From the NCBI GenBank assembly GCA_965203485.1, contig OZ241892.1, positions 3,392,001 through 3,456,000 of the forward strand: DNA of 64,000 nt, written 5' to 3'. Of this stretch, positions 27,833-37,893 are shown piece by piece. This stretch comes from Longimicrobiales bacterium (GTDB lineage Bacteria > Gemmatimonadota > Gemmatimonadetes > Longimicrobiales > Gaopeijiaceae). Every line of letters begins with the position of its first letter. The first letter of the stretch is position 1. The position numbers and the translations under genes are program-made. The notes under the pieces are model-generated. The model was not told the DNA's origin. It searched no databases and worked only from the letters and a program-made list of their open reading frames with translations.

Positions 27833-30397
27833 ATGGCCAAGGCCCCGAAGTCGAAGAAGGACATCCAGAGCTACGCCCACAAGGACAAGGACCGCGCGAA
27901 CAACCCGCCCGTCGGCCTCGTGACGCCCGAGACCGACCGGGACGCCGGCAAGAAGACCTACGCCCACGACCCCCACATCGACCCGGAGCTGTCGTGGGCG
28001 GGCAAGGCCGAGCGCACGTCCTTCGAGGTTCCGACCGTCTCGCTGCACGTCCACGAACGCATCGACCCGCGCACGATCGTCGAAGCCGTCCGGAAGCGCA
28101 ACGGCGAGCCCTCGGGCCAGGCGTCTTTGTTCGAGGACGCCGAGGAAAACCCGCCCATCCGCCAGGCCATCGACTTCTACCGGCACCGGCACAACTGGAC
28201 CAATCGCCTGATCGCCGGCGACAGCCTGCTGGTCATGAACAGCCTCCTGGAGAAGGAAGGCATGGGCGGGCAGGTGCAGATGGTGTACATGGATCCGCCC
28301 TATGGCATTCGCTATGGGTCGAACTTTCAGCCGTTCGTGGGCAAGCGCGACGTGACGGACAGAGAAGACGATCTCACTCGCGAGCCCGAGATGATCCGTG
28401 CTTTTCGTGACACCTGGGAACTCGGCATTCATTCCTATCTGACATATCTCCGCGATCGCCTGTTGTTGGTCAGGGAGCTTCTGACCGACAGCGGCAGTTG
28501 CTTTGTGCAAATCGGAAAGGACAATGTCCACGGCGTCGCGCTCATCATGGACGAGGTGTTCGGCAAGCACAACCGCCTGTCCACCATCTCCTACGCGGCG
28601 ACGAGCGGCAGTTCCGCGAAGACATTGCCGGAAACAGCCAACTACCTGCTCTGGTACGCAAGGGATCGAGGTCGCGCGAAATACCGACAACTGTACGAAT
28701 CGCTCACGCGCCCTGAGATAATTGATCTCTTTGCTTCCTACGTGATGGTCCAGATGCCAGATGGCACGTGTCGCGACCTCACCGACAAGGAGCGGCTTGA
28801 TCCGAACAAGCATTTGCCCAAAGGGGCCAGAATATGTAAGCGCGTGGCTCTCGATTCTCAAGGCGTCTCCACGACGGGACGCTCCGATCCTTACGAATGG
28901 AACGGCGTAGTCTTTCGTTGCGCCCGAAACCGACACTGGAGCGTTTCCCAGCAAGGTATGGATCGCCTAGCAGAGTTGGGTCGTCTGGAAGCCAGGCGGT
29001 CATTGGCGTGGAAGCGATACGAAGACGAAGTGCCGGGACGGCGCATCAACAACATCTGGCACGCGCAGATGTCGCCGAACGACAAGCGATACGTTGTGCA
29101 AACCGACATCAAGACCGTCCGGCGTTGCATCCTCATGACCACGGATCCGGGAGATCTGGTTTTCGATCCGACATGCGGCTCCGGCACCACCGCCCACGTG
29201 GCCGAGCAGTGGGGGCGCCGCTGGGCGACGTGCGACACGTCCCGCGTGGCCGTCGCTGTTGCCCGTCAGCGATTGATGACCTCCAACTTCGACTACTACG
29301 CGCTTGCCCACCCCGAAGAGGGCGTGGGCTCCGGCCTCCGCTATCGCACTGTGGACACCGTGTCCGCCCGGACCTTAGCGTACGACGAGCCGGCGAAGCG
29401 AGTGTCGCTCTACGACCAGCCGAAGATTGACCGCAGCAAGGCACGCGTCACCGGGCCGTTCACCGTCGAGGCCGTTCCAGCTCCGGTGGTGAAGCCTATG
29501 GACCGAGGCGAGGAACCCGCACCGTGGGAAGCTGACGAATCCATTTCCCGGTCGGGCGCAACGATTCGACATAGCGATTGGCGCGACGAGCTGGTGAAGA
29601 CCGGCATTCGTGGCAAGGCAGGCCAAAGGATTTCGTTCGCGCGGCTGGAGCCGTTGTCGGGGGTGCGGTGGCTCCACGCCGAAGGCGACACGCGGCCGGA
29701 CGAGTCCGGACCAGCCAGCGTCCGCGAGGGTACGGCCACGGAAGTGCAACGGGTGGTAGTGTCGTTCGGGCCGGACCACGCGCCGCTGGAGCAACGCCAA
29801 GTCGCCCTTGCTGTCGAGGAGGCGCAAACGTTGGTCCCGCGCCCCAAGATCATTGTCTTCGCTGCATTTCAGTTCGATCCAGAGGCGGCGAAGGACATCG
29901 ACGAGACCAGCTGGCCCGACGTCGAGTTTCTCAAGGCGCACATGAACGCCGACCTGCTTACCGACGACCTGAGACGCAAGCGGACAGGCAACGAGAGCTT
30001 CTGGCTGATCGGCCAGCCGGACGTTGAAGTCGAGATTGTTGGCGACGGCGAGCACGCCGGCAAATACCAAGTGTCGGTCAAGGGCTTCGACTACTACAAT
30101 ACCAAGACGGGCAAGCTCGAGTCCGGCGACGAGGACAAGGTGGCCGTCTGGATGCTCGACCCGGACTACGACGGACGAAGCCTCTTCCCTCGACAGGTGT
30201 TCTTTCCGGCCAGCAACGCGCGCCACGATTGGACGCGGCTAGCCAAGAGCCTCAAGGCTGAGATTGACACCAACCTGATCCAGGCCTACCGCGGTACAGT
30301 CTCGTTGCCGTTTGACGGAGGCAAGTACGGCCGCGCCGCAGTCAAGATCGTGGACGACCGAGGCATCGAAAGCCTCAAGATCGTGGACTTGAAGTGA
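27833..30397 (+). CDS. mod: Type III restriction-modification DNA methyltransferase (Mod)
   Basis: DPPY catalytic motif before FDPTCGSGTT SAM motif (beta order); NRLIAGDSL; C-terminal AVKIVDDRGIES. Confidence 0.92.
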   Translation: MAKAPKSKKDIQSYAHKDKDRANNPPVGLVTPETDRDAGKKTYAHDPHIDPELSWAGKAERTSFEVPTVSLHVHERIDPRTIVEAVRKRNGEPSGQASLFEDAEENPPIRQAIDFYRHRHNWTNRLIAGDSLLVMNSLLEKEGMGGQVQMVYMDPPYGIRYGSNFQPFVGKRDVTDREDDLTREPEMIRAFRDTWELGIHSYLTYLRDRLLLVRELLTDSGSCFVQIGKDNVHGVALIMDEVFGKHNRLSTISYAATSGSSAKTLPETANYLLWYARDRGRAKYRQLYESLTRPEIIDLFASYVMVQMPDGTCRDLTDKERLDPNKHLPKGARICKRVALDSQGVSTTGRSDPYEWNGVVFRCARNRHWSVSQQGMDRLAELGRLEARRSLAWKRYEDEVPGRRINNIWHAQMSPNDKRYVVQTDIKTVRRCILMTTDPGDLVFDPTCGSGTTAHVAEQWGRRWATCDTSRVAVAVARQRLMTSNFDYYALAHPEEGVGSGLRYRTVDTVSARTLAYDEPAKRVSLYDQPKIDRSKARVTGPFTVEAVPAPVVKPMDRGEEPAPWEADESISRSGATIRHSDWRDELVKTGIRGKAGQRISFARLEPLSGVRWLHAEGDTRPDESGPASVREGTATEVQRVVVSFGPDHAPLEQRQVALAVEEAQTLVPRPKIIVFAAFQFDPEAAKDIDETSWPDVEFLKAHMNADLLTDDLRRKRTGNESFWLIGQPDVEVEIVGDGEHAGKYQVSVKGFDYYNTKTGKLESGDEDKVAVWMLDPDYDGRSLFPRQVFFPASNARHDWTRLAKSLKAEIDTNLIQAYRGTVSLPFDGGKYGRAAVKIVDDRGIESLKIVDLK

Positions 30398-30415
30398 CGA
30401 CGGGTTGACCGGAAC

Positions 30416-33277
30416 ATGCCCCAGTCCACCATCGACCGCCTCATCGTCAATTCCCCATACGACGAACCTGCCCAGCACTGGCGCTACGACCGCAACACAC
30501 GTCTCTTCGACTTGGCGGAGGGCCGTCGCCCCGCCGGCTACGTCGTCGCGTCCCAGGACTCTCGCGCCTTCGACGATCCCGGCGCCTTCGTCGAAATCGC
30601 GCTGGTCAACCGAATTCGTCCACGGGTCAAGGCGTGGCGCAACGCAGGATATCCCGGTGCTTCCGCGACCACGCGCCGGTTGCTCGGGCATTGGACCGAC
30701 CCGGAGGACTTCGACACGCGGCGCTTCTTCTTCTGCCAGATCGAAGCCATCGAAACGCTGATTTGGCTCGCGGAGGCGTCCAGCGAGGAACGGACCGGGA
30801 TTGACGTCCCTTCCGACGGCGGGGAGTTTCAGCGACTGTGCGCGAAGATGGCGACGGGGGCGGGCAAGACGATCGTCATGGCGATGTTGATCGCCTGGCA
30901 GGTGCTCAACAAGGTGGAACGGCCTCGGGACAAGCGGTTTTCGCGAAACGTGCTGGTGGTCGCCCCTGGGTTGACCGTGAAGAGCCGCTTGGCGGTGCTG
31001 AAGCCGGAGCGCCCCGACAACTACTATGCGGCCTTTCGCATCGTGCCGCAGGCGTTCTTCGACAAGTTGCGGCAGGGACGCGTGATCGTTCGCAACTGGC
31101 ACGCGCTGAACTGGGAGTCGGAGGAGAAGGTTGCTCGGCGCAGGAGCGTGGACAAGCGGGGCGTTCGCAGCGACGAGGCGTACGTGCGAGACGTGCTGGG
31201 CGACATGGCGACGGCGCGGGAAATTCTCGTCGTCAACGACGAAGCGCACCACGCTTGGCGCACGGGATCGGTGCGATTGCGGGGGGTTGCCAAGGCCCAG
31301 ATCGAGGAAGCGACGAAGTGGATCGGCGGCCTCGACAGGATCGGCCGAACGCGCGGGATTCTGCGGTGCTACGACTTCTCGGCGACGCCGTTCGCGCCGT
31401 CGGGCGGCCGCAGTTCGGAGGAAGGGCTGTTCGGCTGGATCGTCAGCGACTTCGGATTGAACGACGCCATCGAAGCCGGCCTCGTGAAGACGCCCCGTGT
31501 GGTGGTGCGGGACGACGCCGTGCCCGATGCCAAGTCGTACAAGTCGCGCTTCTACCACATCTACAACGACCCCGAGGTGAAGCCCGACCTCAACAGGAAG
31601 GCGGCCGAGACCGATCCGCTTCCCGACCTCGTGGTCAACGGCTATCACCTGCTGGGATACGATTGGAGGGAGACCGCTAAGGCATGGCGAAAGGCCAAGA
31701 TGGCCGCGCCTCCGACGATGATCACGGTGGCCAACCGCACCGAGACGGCGGCCAGAATCAAGCACGCCTTCGACAAGAACAGGATTCCCGTGCAAGAACT
31801 GTGCGATCCGGAACGGACGCTGCACATCGACTCGAAGGTGCTCGCCAAGGCTGAAGCCGCCGTCGAAGTGACCGGAATCGGCGACAACGGTGGCCAGGGG
31901 GAGTTGCCGTTTGCCGCCACGCGCCCGAGCGACGCGAAGAACGCCGCGGAGCGGGCCGAGCTGCTTCGGCGCCAAGTGGACACGGTGGGTCGGCCCGGAG
32001 AGCCGGGCGGACAGATTCAGAACGTCATCTCCGTGGGAATGCTTTCGGAAGGCTGGGACGCCAAGACCGTCACGCACGTCATGGGCCTGCGAGCCTTCGC
32101 CAGCCAGCTCCTGTGCGAACAGGTCGTGGGGCGAGGATTGCGCCGAACCGCGTACGAAATCAACGAGGAGACGGGACTGTTCGATCCCGAGTACGTCAAC
32201 GTCTTCGGCGTGCCCTTCACCTTCCTGCCTTACGAGCGCCAGGAAGACGCAGTGCCGGCTCCGCCGTCTCCGAAGACGGCCGTGGAGCCCGTTCGCGAGA
32301 AGAGCGAGCACGAGATCAGCTGGCCCAACGTGACTCGGGTGGACCGCGCGATTCGCCAACGCTTGGTCGTGGACTGGTCCAAGCTGGAGCCGCTTCGCAT
32401 TGACCTGGGCCAAGTCGCCTCGATTGCCGAGTTGGCGCCGGTCGTGGACGGCAAGCCGGACATGACCAAGATCAAGACCATCGACCTGGAGACGCTCGCG
32501 GGCGAACAGCGCCTGCAGACCATCGTCTTCAAGACGGCGGCGGAAGTCTACGACGCGATGGCTCTCGACTGGCCCGGCGACCGCACGACACTCCTCGTCC
32601 AGCTGGTCCGGCTGACCGAGGACTTCATGCGCTCCGGCCAGATACGCATCGAGCCCCCGTTCTTCGCGAAAGATCCGGCAAAGCGACGTTTGGTCCTAGC
32701 CCTCAACATGCGCAAGCTGGTTCGTCATTTGATCGAAGCCGTGCAGTGCCAGAACGCAGAGGAATTGGCGCCGGTGTTCGACAGCGACCGGCCCATCCGA
32801 TCCACCGGCGACATGACGACCTGGTACACCGGCAAGCCCTGCGAGCGCACCGAGCGCAGTCACGTCAACGTCTGCGTCTACGACAGCGCATGGGAGAGTT
32901 CCGAAGCCTACGCCCTGGACGCCAGCCCGCTCGTCTCCTCCTGGGTCAAGAACGACCACCTCGGCTTCGAGATCTTCTACGTCCACGACGGCGTCGTACG
33001 AAAGTACCGCCCCGACTTCCTGGCACGCCTCGCGTCCGGCATCATGCTCGTGCTCGAGGTCAAGGGCCTGGAGCGGGACCAGGACCGCACCAAGCGGCAC
33101 GCACTCGACGAGTGGGTCCAAGCCGTCAACGCGCACGGCGGCTTCGGTCGTTGGTCCCACGCGGTATCGAGAAGTCCGGGCGACGTGCATGCCATCCTGG
33201 TGGCGGCCAACGTCGAGCGTGGGGACCCGGAGCCCCAGGGCACCGGCTTCATGAAGGGCGAGCTTCAAGTCCCCTAG
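30416..33277 (+). CDS. res: Type III restriction endonuclease (Res)
   Basis: MATGAGKT, DEAHH, SATP, EQVVGRGLR helicase motifs; YRPDF...LEVKG PD-(D/E)xK nuclease. Confidence 0.92.
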   Translation: MPQSTIDRLIVNSPYDEPAQHWRYDRNTRLFDLAEGRRPAGYVVASQDSRAFDDPGAFVEIALVNRIRPRVKAWRNAGYPGASATTRRLLGHWTDPEDFDTRRFFFCQIEAIETLIWLAEASSEERTGIDVPSDGGEFQRLCAKMATGAGKTIVMAMLIAWQVLNKVERPRDKRFSRNVLVVAPGLTVKSRLAVLKPERPDNYYAAFRIVPQAFFDKLRQGRVIVRNWHALNWESEEKVARRRSVDKRGVRSDEAYVRDVLGDMATAREILVVNDEAHHAWRTGSVRLRGVAKAQIEEATKWIGGLDRIGRTRGILRCYDFSATPFAPSGGRSSEEGLFGWIVSDFGLNDAIEAGLVKTPRVVVRDDAVPDAKSYKSRFYHIYNDPEVKPDLNRKAAETDPLPDLVVNGYHLLGYDWRETAKAWRKAKMAAPPTMITVANRTETAARIKHAFDKNRIPVQELCDPERTLHIDSKVLAKAEAAVEVTGIGDNGGQGELPFAATRPSDAKNAAERAELLRRQVDTVGRPGEPGGQIQNVISVGMLSEGWDAKTVTHVMGLRAFASQLLCEQVVGRGLRRTAYEINEETGLFDPEYVNVFGVPFTFLPYERQEDAVPAPPSPKTAVEPVREKSEHEISWPNVTRVDRAIRQRLVVDWSKLEPLRIDLGQVASIAELAPVVDGKPDMTKIKTIDLETLAGEQRLQTIVFKTAAEVYDAMALDWPGDRTTLLVQLVRLTEDFMRSGQIRIEPPFFAKDPAKRRLVLALNMRKLVRHLIEAVQCQNAEELAPVFDSDRPIRSTGDMTTWYTGKPCERTERSHVNVCVYDSAWESSEAYALDASPLVSSWVKNDHLGFEIFYVHDGVVRKYRPDFLARLASGIMLVLEVKGLERDQDRTKRHALDEWVQAVNAHGGFGRWSHAVSRSPGDVHAILVAANVERGDPEPQGTGFMKGELQVP

Positions 33278-33400
33278 GATTTCGATCAGATGGGCCAGGA
33301 GGTCATCCTGGACGCTTTCGAAGGACGCGGGTGAGGATCCTCCTCGACACGCACGTCTTGCTGTGGGCCGCCGCGGGCGACGACCGGCCCCCAAGTCCCC
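33225..33400 (+). pseudogene. Remnant of a type II TA pair (Phd-like antitoxin C-terminus + VapC/PIN N-terminus)
   Basis: GFMKGELQVP*DFDQMGQEVILDAFEG followed by overlapping GTG-RILLDTHVLLWAA (truncated). Confidence 0.65.
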
Positions 33401-33618
33401 TAGCGTGCGGCGCGTCCGGCGGAAGATCTCGACCGCCGCCGAGATGGCCAAGCGGGTGGTGAAGGATGAGGCATGGAGGCCAACGGGCCGTCCTCTCGGT
33501 CCGAAGTGCGAATCCCGACGTTGCGGACCGGTGATCCTGCGATAGATTTGTGGACCGACGATCGTGGTCTTTTGCCTCGCGTGCACTCGAAGCGCAAGAC
33601 CGAATCCAAAGAAGGAAC

Positions 33619-34992
33619 GGCTCTTCCCCTGTTTCGGTGGGCGTCGTAGGATGGACGGGAGTGGCGGCGTGACTCTGGGAGCGAGGAGAGCGGATGGAAC
33701 TGCGGGAGTGGGTGAAGCGGCTGATGGGTTTGGGTCCGGAGTGGCGGATCGAGCGGGTGGACGAGGATTCGGAGCGGCAGGAAGCGCGGGTGGTGCTGGC
33801 GCGCAGGGCGGGTTCGGCGTTGCGGTGTCCAGAGTGCGGGCGTGCGTGTCCGGGCTACGACGCGCGGCGGCGGGAGTGGCGGGGCTGGACGCATGGGGAT
33901 ACAAGACGTTCGTGGTGTACGACGTGCCTCGGGTGGAATGTCCGGAGCACGGGGTGGTGACGACGCGGGTGCCGTGGGCGGAGGGGCGGTCGAGATACAC
34001 GGCGGCGTTCGAGTCGCTGGCGATCGGTTGGCTTCGCGAGGCGAGCGTGCTGGCGGTCTCGCGGCGGCTGCGCTTGAGCTGGACGGCGGTCGACGGGATC
34101 ATGGAGCGGGCGGTGCGGCGGGGCTTGGCGCGGCGCGAGACGCGCGTGGTGCGGCGGTTGAGCGTGGACGAGACGTCGTTCAAGCGGGGCCACCAGTACG
34201 TGACGGTGGTGTCGGACTCGGACACGAAGGACGTGTTGCACGTGGCGCCGGGCCGAAGCCGAGAAGCGCTGGAGGCGTTCTACCGCAAGGTGGGCAAGCG
34301 GCGGCTGGCGGCGGTCGAGAGCGTGTCGATGGACATGTGGCGGCCCTACGTGGCGGCGACGGAGGCGTGGGTGGCCGGCGCGCGCAGCAAGACGGCGTTC
34401 GACCGCTTTCACGTGGCCAAGCATCTGGGCGACGCGGTGGACAAGGTGCGGCGCGCCGAGCACAAGGAGCTGCAGGCCGAGGGCAACGCCGTGCTGGCGG
34501 GCACGCGCTGGCAGTGGCTCCGGGGCGCTCGCAAGAAGACGCGCGGCGAGAAGCTGGCGTTCGCCGAGTTGCGCAAGAGCGTCGAGCGCACGTCGGAGGC
34601 CTGGGCGCTCAAGGAAGCGGCGTCGAAGCTGTGGGGATACCGCAGCCGCGGCTGGGCGGAGTCGGCATGGCTGCGCTGGCTGCAATGGGCGTCGGCCTGC
34701 GGGCTCGCGCCGGTCAAGAAGGCGGCCGCGATGGTCCGGACGCACCTGTGGGGCATCGTCAACGCCGTCGTGCTCAACGCCACCAACGGCCCGGCCGAGG
34801 GCGTCAACAGCCGCATCCAAGCCGTCAAGGCCCGGTGCCGCGCCTTCCGCAACCAGGACCGCTTCGCCGCCGCCATCCTCTTCCACCTCGGCGGCCTCGA
34901 CCTCTCTCCGCGCCCTGCCCAGCTGTGAGTTGCCGTGGCCGGCCCCCTGCCCGCTCCGATTCCACACCCCCCACCACATCAGGCGAAGAGCC
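33619..34992 (+). mobile_element. ISL3 family insertion sequence, 1374 bp
   Basis: Imperfect terminal IRs GGCTCTTCCCCTGTTTCGGTGGG / GGCTCTTCGCCTGATGTGGTGGG; 8-bp target duplication GAAGGAAC at 33611-33618 and 34993-35000. Confidence 0.93.
33694..34928 (+). pseudogene. ISL3 transposase, frameshifted near 33881-33884
   Basis: Zn finger CPECG...CPEHG split over two frames; SVDET, SMDMW, DRFHV and NGPAEGVN motifs. Confidence 0.85.
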
Positions 34993-35058
34993 GAAGGAAC
35001 ATTCCGAGTTGCACGCGCATCGGCTTCATGGAGCGCGAGATACGGATGCAAGCAAGCG

Positions 35059-37893
35059 ATGGACAAAATGACCCAAGTTGCAAACACTGAATGGCTCTAT
35101 CCGGGCGCGCGGTGGTGGAAATTTGATTTCCATGCCCATACACCGGCATCCAGTGACTACGGAAAAGGCTCCAACCAGGATTCCTTGAAACGCATCACGC
35201 CTAGGGATTGGCTCCTCGGCTTCATGCGCGCCGCCGTCGACTGCGTGGCGGTCACCGATCACAACTCGGGAGAATGGATTGATCTCCTGAAGAGGACATA
35301 CGACGACTTGCAACAACAAGATGCGCCGGGTTACCGCCCTTTATTTCTGTTTCCGGGGGTAGAGATCACGGCCAATGGTGGCATCCATGTTCTCGCGGTG
35401 CTAGACGTCGACAAGGGCTCTGCCGACGTTGCCGCACTGCTTGGCTCGGTCGGATATGAGGGTGACCAGGGCAGGAGCGACCATGCGGCTAGAGAGTCGA
35501 CCATTAAGGTTGTGGAACGTATCGCCGCCGCCGGTGGAATTCCTATTCTTGCACACGTCGACAAACCCTCCGGAGCTTGGCAACTACCCGGTAATACCGT
35601 GGCACCTCTGTTTGACGCCGACGACTTGTTTGCAATGGAAGTGTGTGACCCTGGAAGGACTTTCGAACTTTACCGTCAAAGAAAACTGGCGTGGGCCGAG
35701 GTTCTCGGATCCGATTCACATCATCCGGATGGACAAGCAGGCTCTCGGTTCCCCGGGTCTCATTATACTTGGGTGAAGATGGCAAAGCCATCGCTTGAAG
35801 GACTACGCTTGGCATTACTGGATGGTGGTGGCTTTTCGATTCGCCGAAGCGATCATCCAAAAACCTTCGACCCGTTCGACGTACCCAAGCATTACATCAA
35901 ATCCATTAAAATTTCAAACGCGCGATACATGGGATGTGGCAACTCGGTCAGATTCGATTTCAACCCGTGGCTTAACGCTTTGGTCGGCGGTCGCGGTACC
36001 GGCAAGTCAACCGTGATCCATGCAATGAGACTCGTGGCAAGGCGTGAGCGTGAGCTGGAGGCTCTGGAAGAACACAGTGAGCCTCTCTCGACTTTTAGGA
36101 GATTCAAGCGGATACCTAGAGATCGCACCGACAAGGGTGGCTTGAAGGAATCAACGAAGATCGCGTCGTGTATGATGCGCGACGGTGTGCTCCATCGGTT
36201 GCATTGGCGCTGGGATGTTAGCGGTACGATCGTGGAAGAGCATACACGCGAAGGTTGGCAAGCGTCACCTGCCCAGACGGTCACGCCTCAGCGCTTTCCG
36301 CTTCGCATGTTCAGCCAGGGACAGATCGCGGCGCTGGCAGGAGACGATCAGCGCGCCTTGTTGCAGGTTATAGATGAGGCGGCGAACGCGATCACGCTTC
36401 GACAAGACCTGGCGATTGCTTGCACCGAATTCTATACGACCAGAGCACGAATCCGGGACATCGACGGCAAGTTACGTTGCCGCGATGATCTCGTGGTGCA
36501 GCAACGGGACGTGGAGCGAAAACTGAAACGCTTTGAGGAAACGGAGCATATCGAAGTCCTAAAGGATTACCGGCGTCGTGACCGACAGCGAGCCAAAGCA
36601 GATCAGCAGTTTGAGACGGCAGAGGCGGCAGCTAGTCGAATTGAGCAAACTGCAGAAGCGCTGGTACTAGATGATCTCCCTGAAGGGATGTTCACTGATG
36701 ATTCGAAGGCAGATCAGCAGATAGCCGCCGCCATGACCGCTCTAGCTGTTGTCGTACGTGATGTAGCTCAGGACTTGCATCACGTCGCAGACCGTATGCG
36801 CGAGCTGCTTGCGACGCGACGTGAGGAGTTGGCCCAAGGCGCATGGCCAGCAGCAGTAGCAAGTGCCGAGAAAAAGTACCAAGATCTAATTGCGGCATTG
36901 CGCAAGGAAGGCGTTACCGATCCGAGAGAATACGGTCGTTTAGTGCAGGAGCGTCAACGGCTTGATAGCGAACTCGCTCGTCTGGATTCCGTACAGGCAG
37001 AGCGCGACAGATTGGTCGAAAAAGCTCGATTTTTGCTTGAAAATGTGACGAAGGCTCGTCGTGCATTGAGTCATGGACGTGATCAATTTCTAGAAGCCAC
37101 GCTAGCCGATAACAGCTTCGTGCGTATCCGAAGCCTGCATTATGGGGACGACCCTCGAGCCATCGAACGCTCTCTGCGCGATGCATTGGGGGTGTCGGAT
37201 CACTTCGAAGGCGACATTCTAGTTCTAGAGGATGATCGTGCAAGCAAAGGTTGCATCGCCGACCTTCTCAAGGAGTTGCCTGAAGAGTCGGATCGACGAA
37301 GCCAAGAAATGGAAGAGCGCATCAAACGGATTAGGGATCGAATCCACAAGGCTGGAAAAGGCAACGGTGACTTTGGTCAACGTTTCAACAAGCATTTGGC
37401 AATAAAATACGAAAAGAATCCAGAAATCTTTGACAAAATCCAGACTTGGTTTCCCGAAGACGGATTCCTCGTGGAATACAGTCGTCTAGGAGACGGAGAG
37501 GATTTTCAGCCGATTGGCCATGCCTCTGCAGGACAGCGGTCGGCGGCGATGCTTGCCTTTCTTCTCGCTCATGGCGAAGAACCGCTCGTGCTGGATCAGC
37601 CGGAGGACGATCTGGACAATCACCTGATCTATGATCTCGTGGTGCGGCAGATTCGAGAGAACAAGCTCAGGCGACAGATTATTGTAGTGACGCACAATCC
37701 TAATATCGTGGTGAACGGAGATGCGGAAATGGTATATGCACTCGATTTTCGGCGTGGCAACTGCATCATTGCTCAATCGGGATCGCTACAAGAGAAAGAA
37801 ATGCGTGAAGAGGTTTGCCGGATCATGGAAGGTGGACGAGAAGCATTTGTGCGTCGCTACCGGAGGTTGGGGAAGGAACCGCGTAATGTTTGA
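35059..37893 (+). CDS. PHP phosphoesterase + SMC/ABC ATPase (TrlF/Ppl-like antiphage protein)
   Basis: DFHAHTPAS, VTDHN, GSDSH; GGRGTGKS, coiled coil, SAGQR, LDQPEDDLDN, VTHN; lower GC than flanks. Confidence 0.85.
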   Translation: MDKMTQVANTEWLYPGARWWKFDFHAHTPASSDYGKGSNQDSLKRITPRDWLLGFMRAAVDCVAVTDHNSGEWIDLLKRTYDDLQQQDAPGYRPLFLFPGVEITANGGIHVLAVLDVDKGSADVAALLGSVGYEGDQGRSDHAARESTIKVVERIAAAGGIPILAHVDKPSGAWQLPGNTVAPLFDADDLFAMEVCDPGRTFELYRQRKLAWAEVLGSDSHHPDGQAGSRFPGSHYTWVKMAKPSLEGLRLALLDGGGFSIRRSDHPKTFDPFDVPKHYIKSIKISNARYMGCGNSVRFDFNPWLNALVGGRGTGKSTVIHAMRLVARRERELEALEEHSEPLSTFRRFKRIPRDRTDKGGLKESTKIASCMMRDGVLHRLHWRWDVSGTIVEEHTREGWQASPAQTVTPQRFPLRMFSQGQIAALAGDDQRALLQVIDEAANAITLRQDLAIACTEFYTTRARIRDIDGKLRCRDDLVVQQRDVERKLKRFEETEHIEVLKDYRRRDRQRAKADQQFETAEAAASRIEQTAEALVLDDLPEGMFTDDSKADQQIAAAMTALAVVVRDVAQDLHHVADRMRELLATRREELAQGAWPAAVASAEKKYQDLIAALRKEGVTDPREYGRLVQERQRLDSELARLDSVQAERDRLVEKARFLLENVTKARRALSHGRDQFLEATLADNSFVRIRSLHYGDDPRAIERSLRDALGVSDHFEGDILVLEDDRASKGCIADLLKELPEESDRRSQEMEERIKRIRDRIHKAGKGNGDFGQRFNKHLAIKYEKNPEIFDKIQTWFPEDGFLVEYSRLGDGEDFQPIGHASAGQRSAAMLAFLLAHGEEPLVLDQPEDDLDNHLIYDLVVRQIRENKLRRQIIVVTHNPNIVVNGDAEMVYALDFRRGNCIIAQSGSLQEKEMREEVCRIMEGGREAFVRRYRRLGKEPRNV

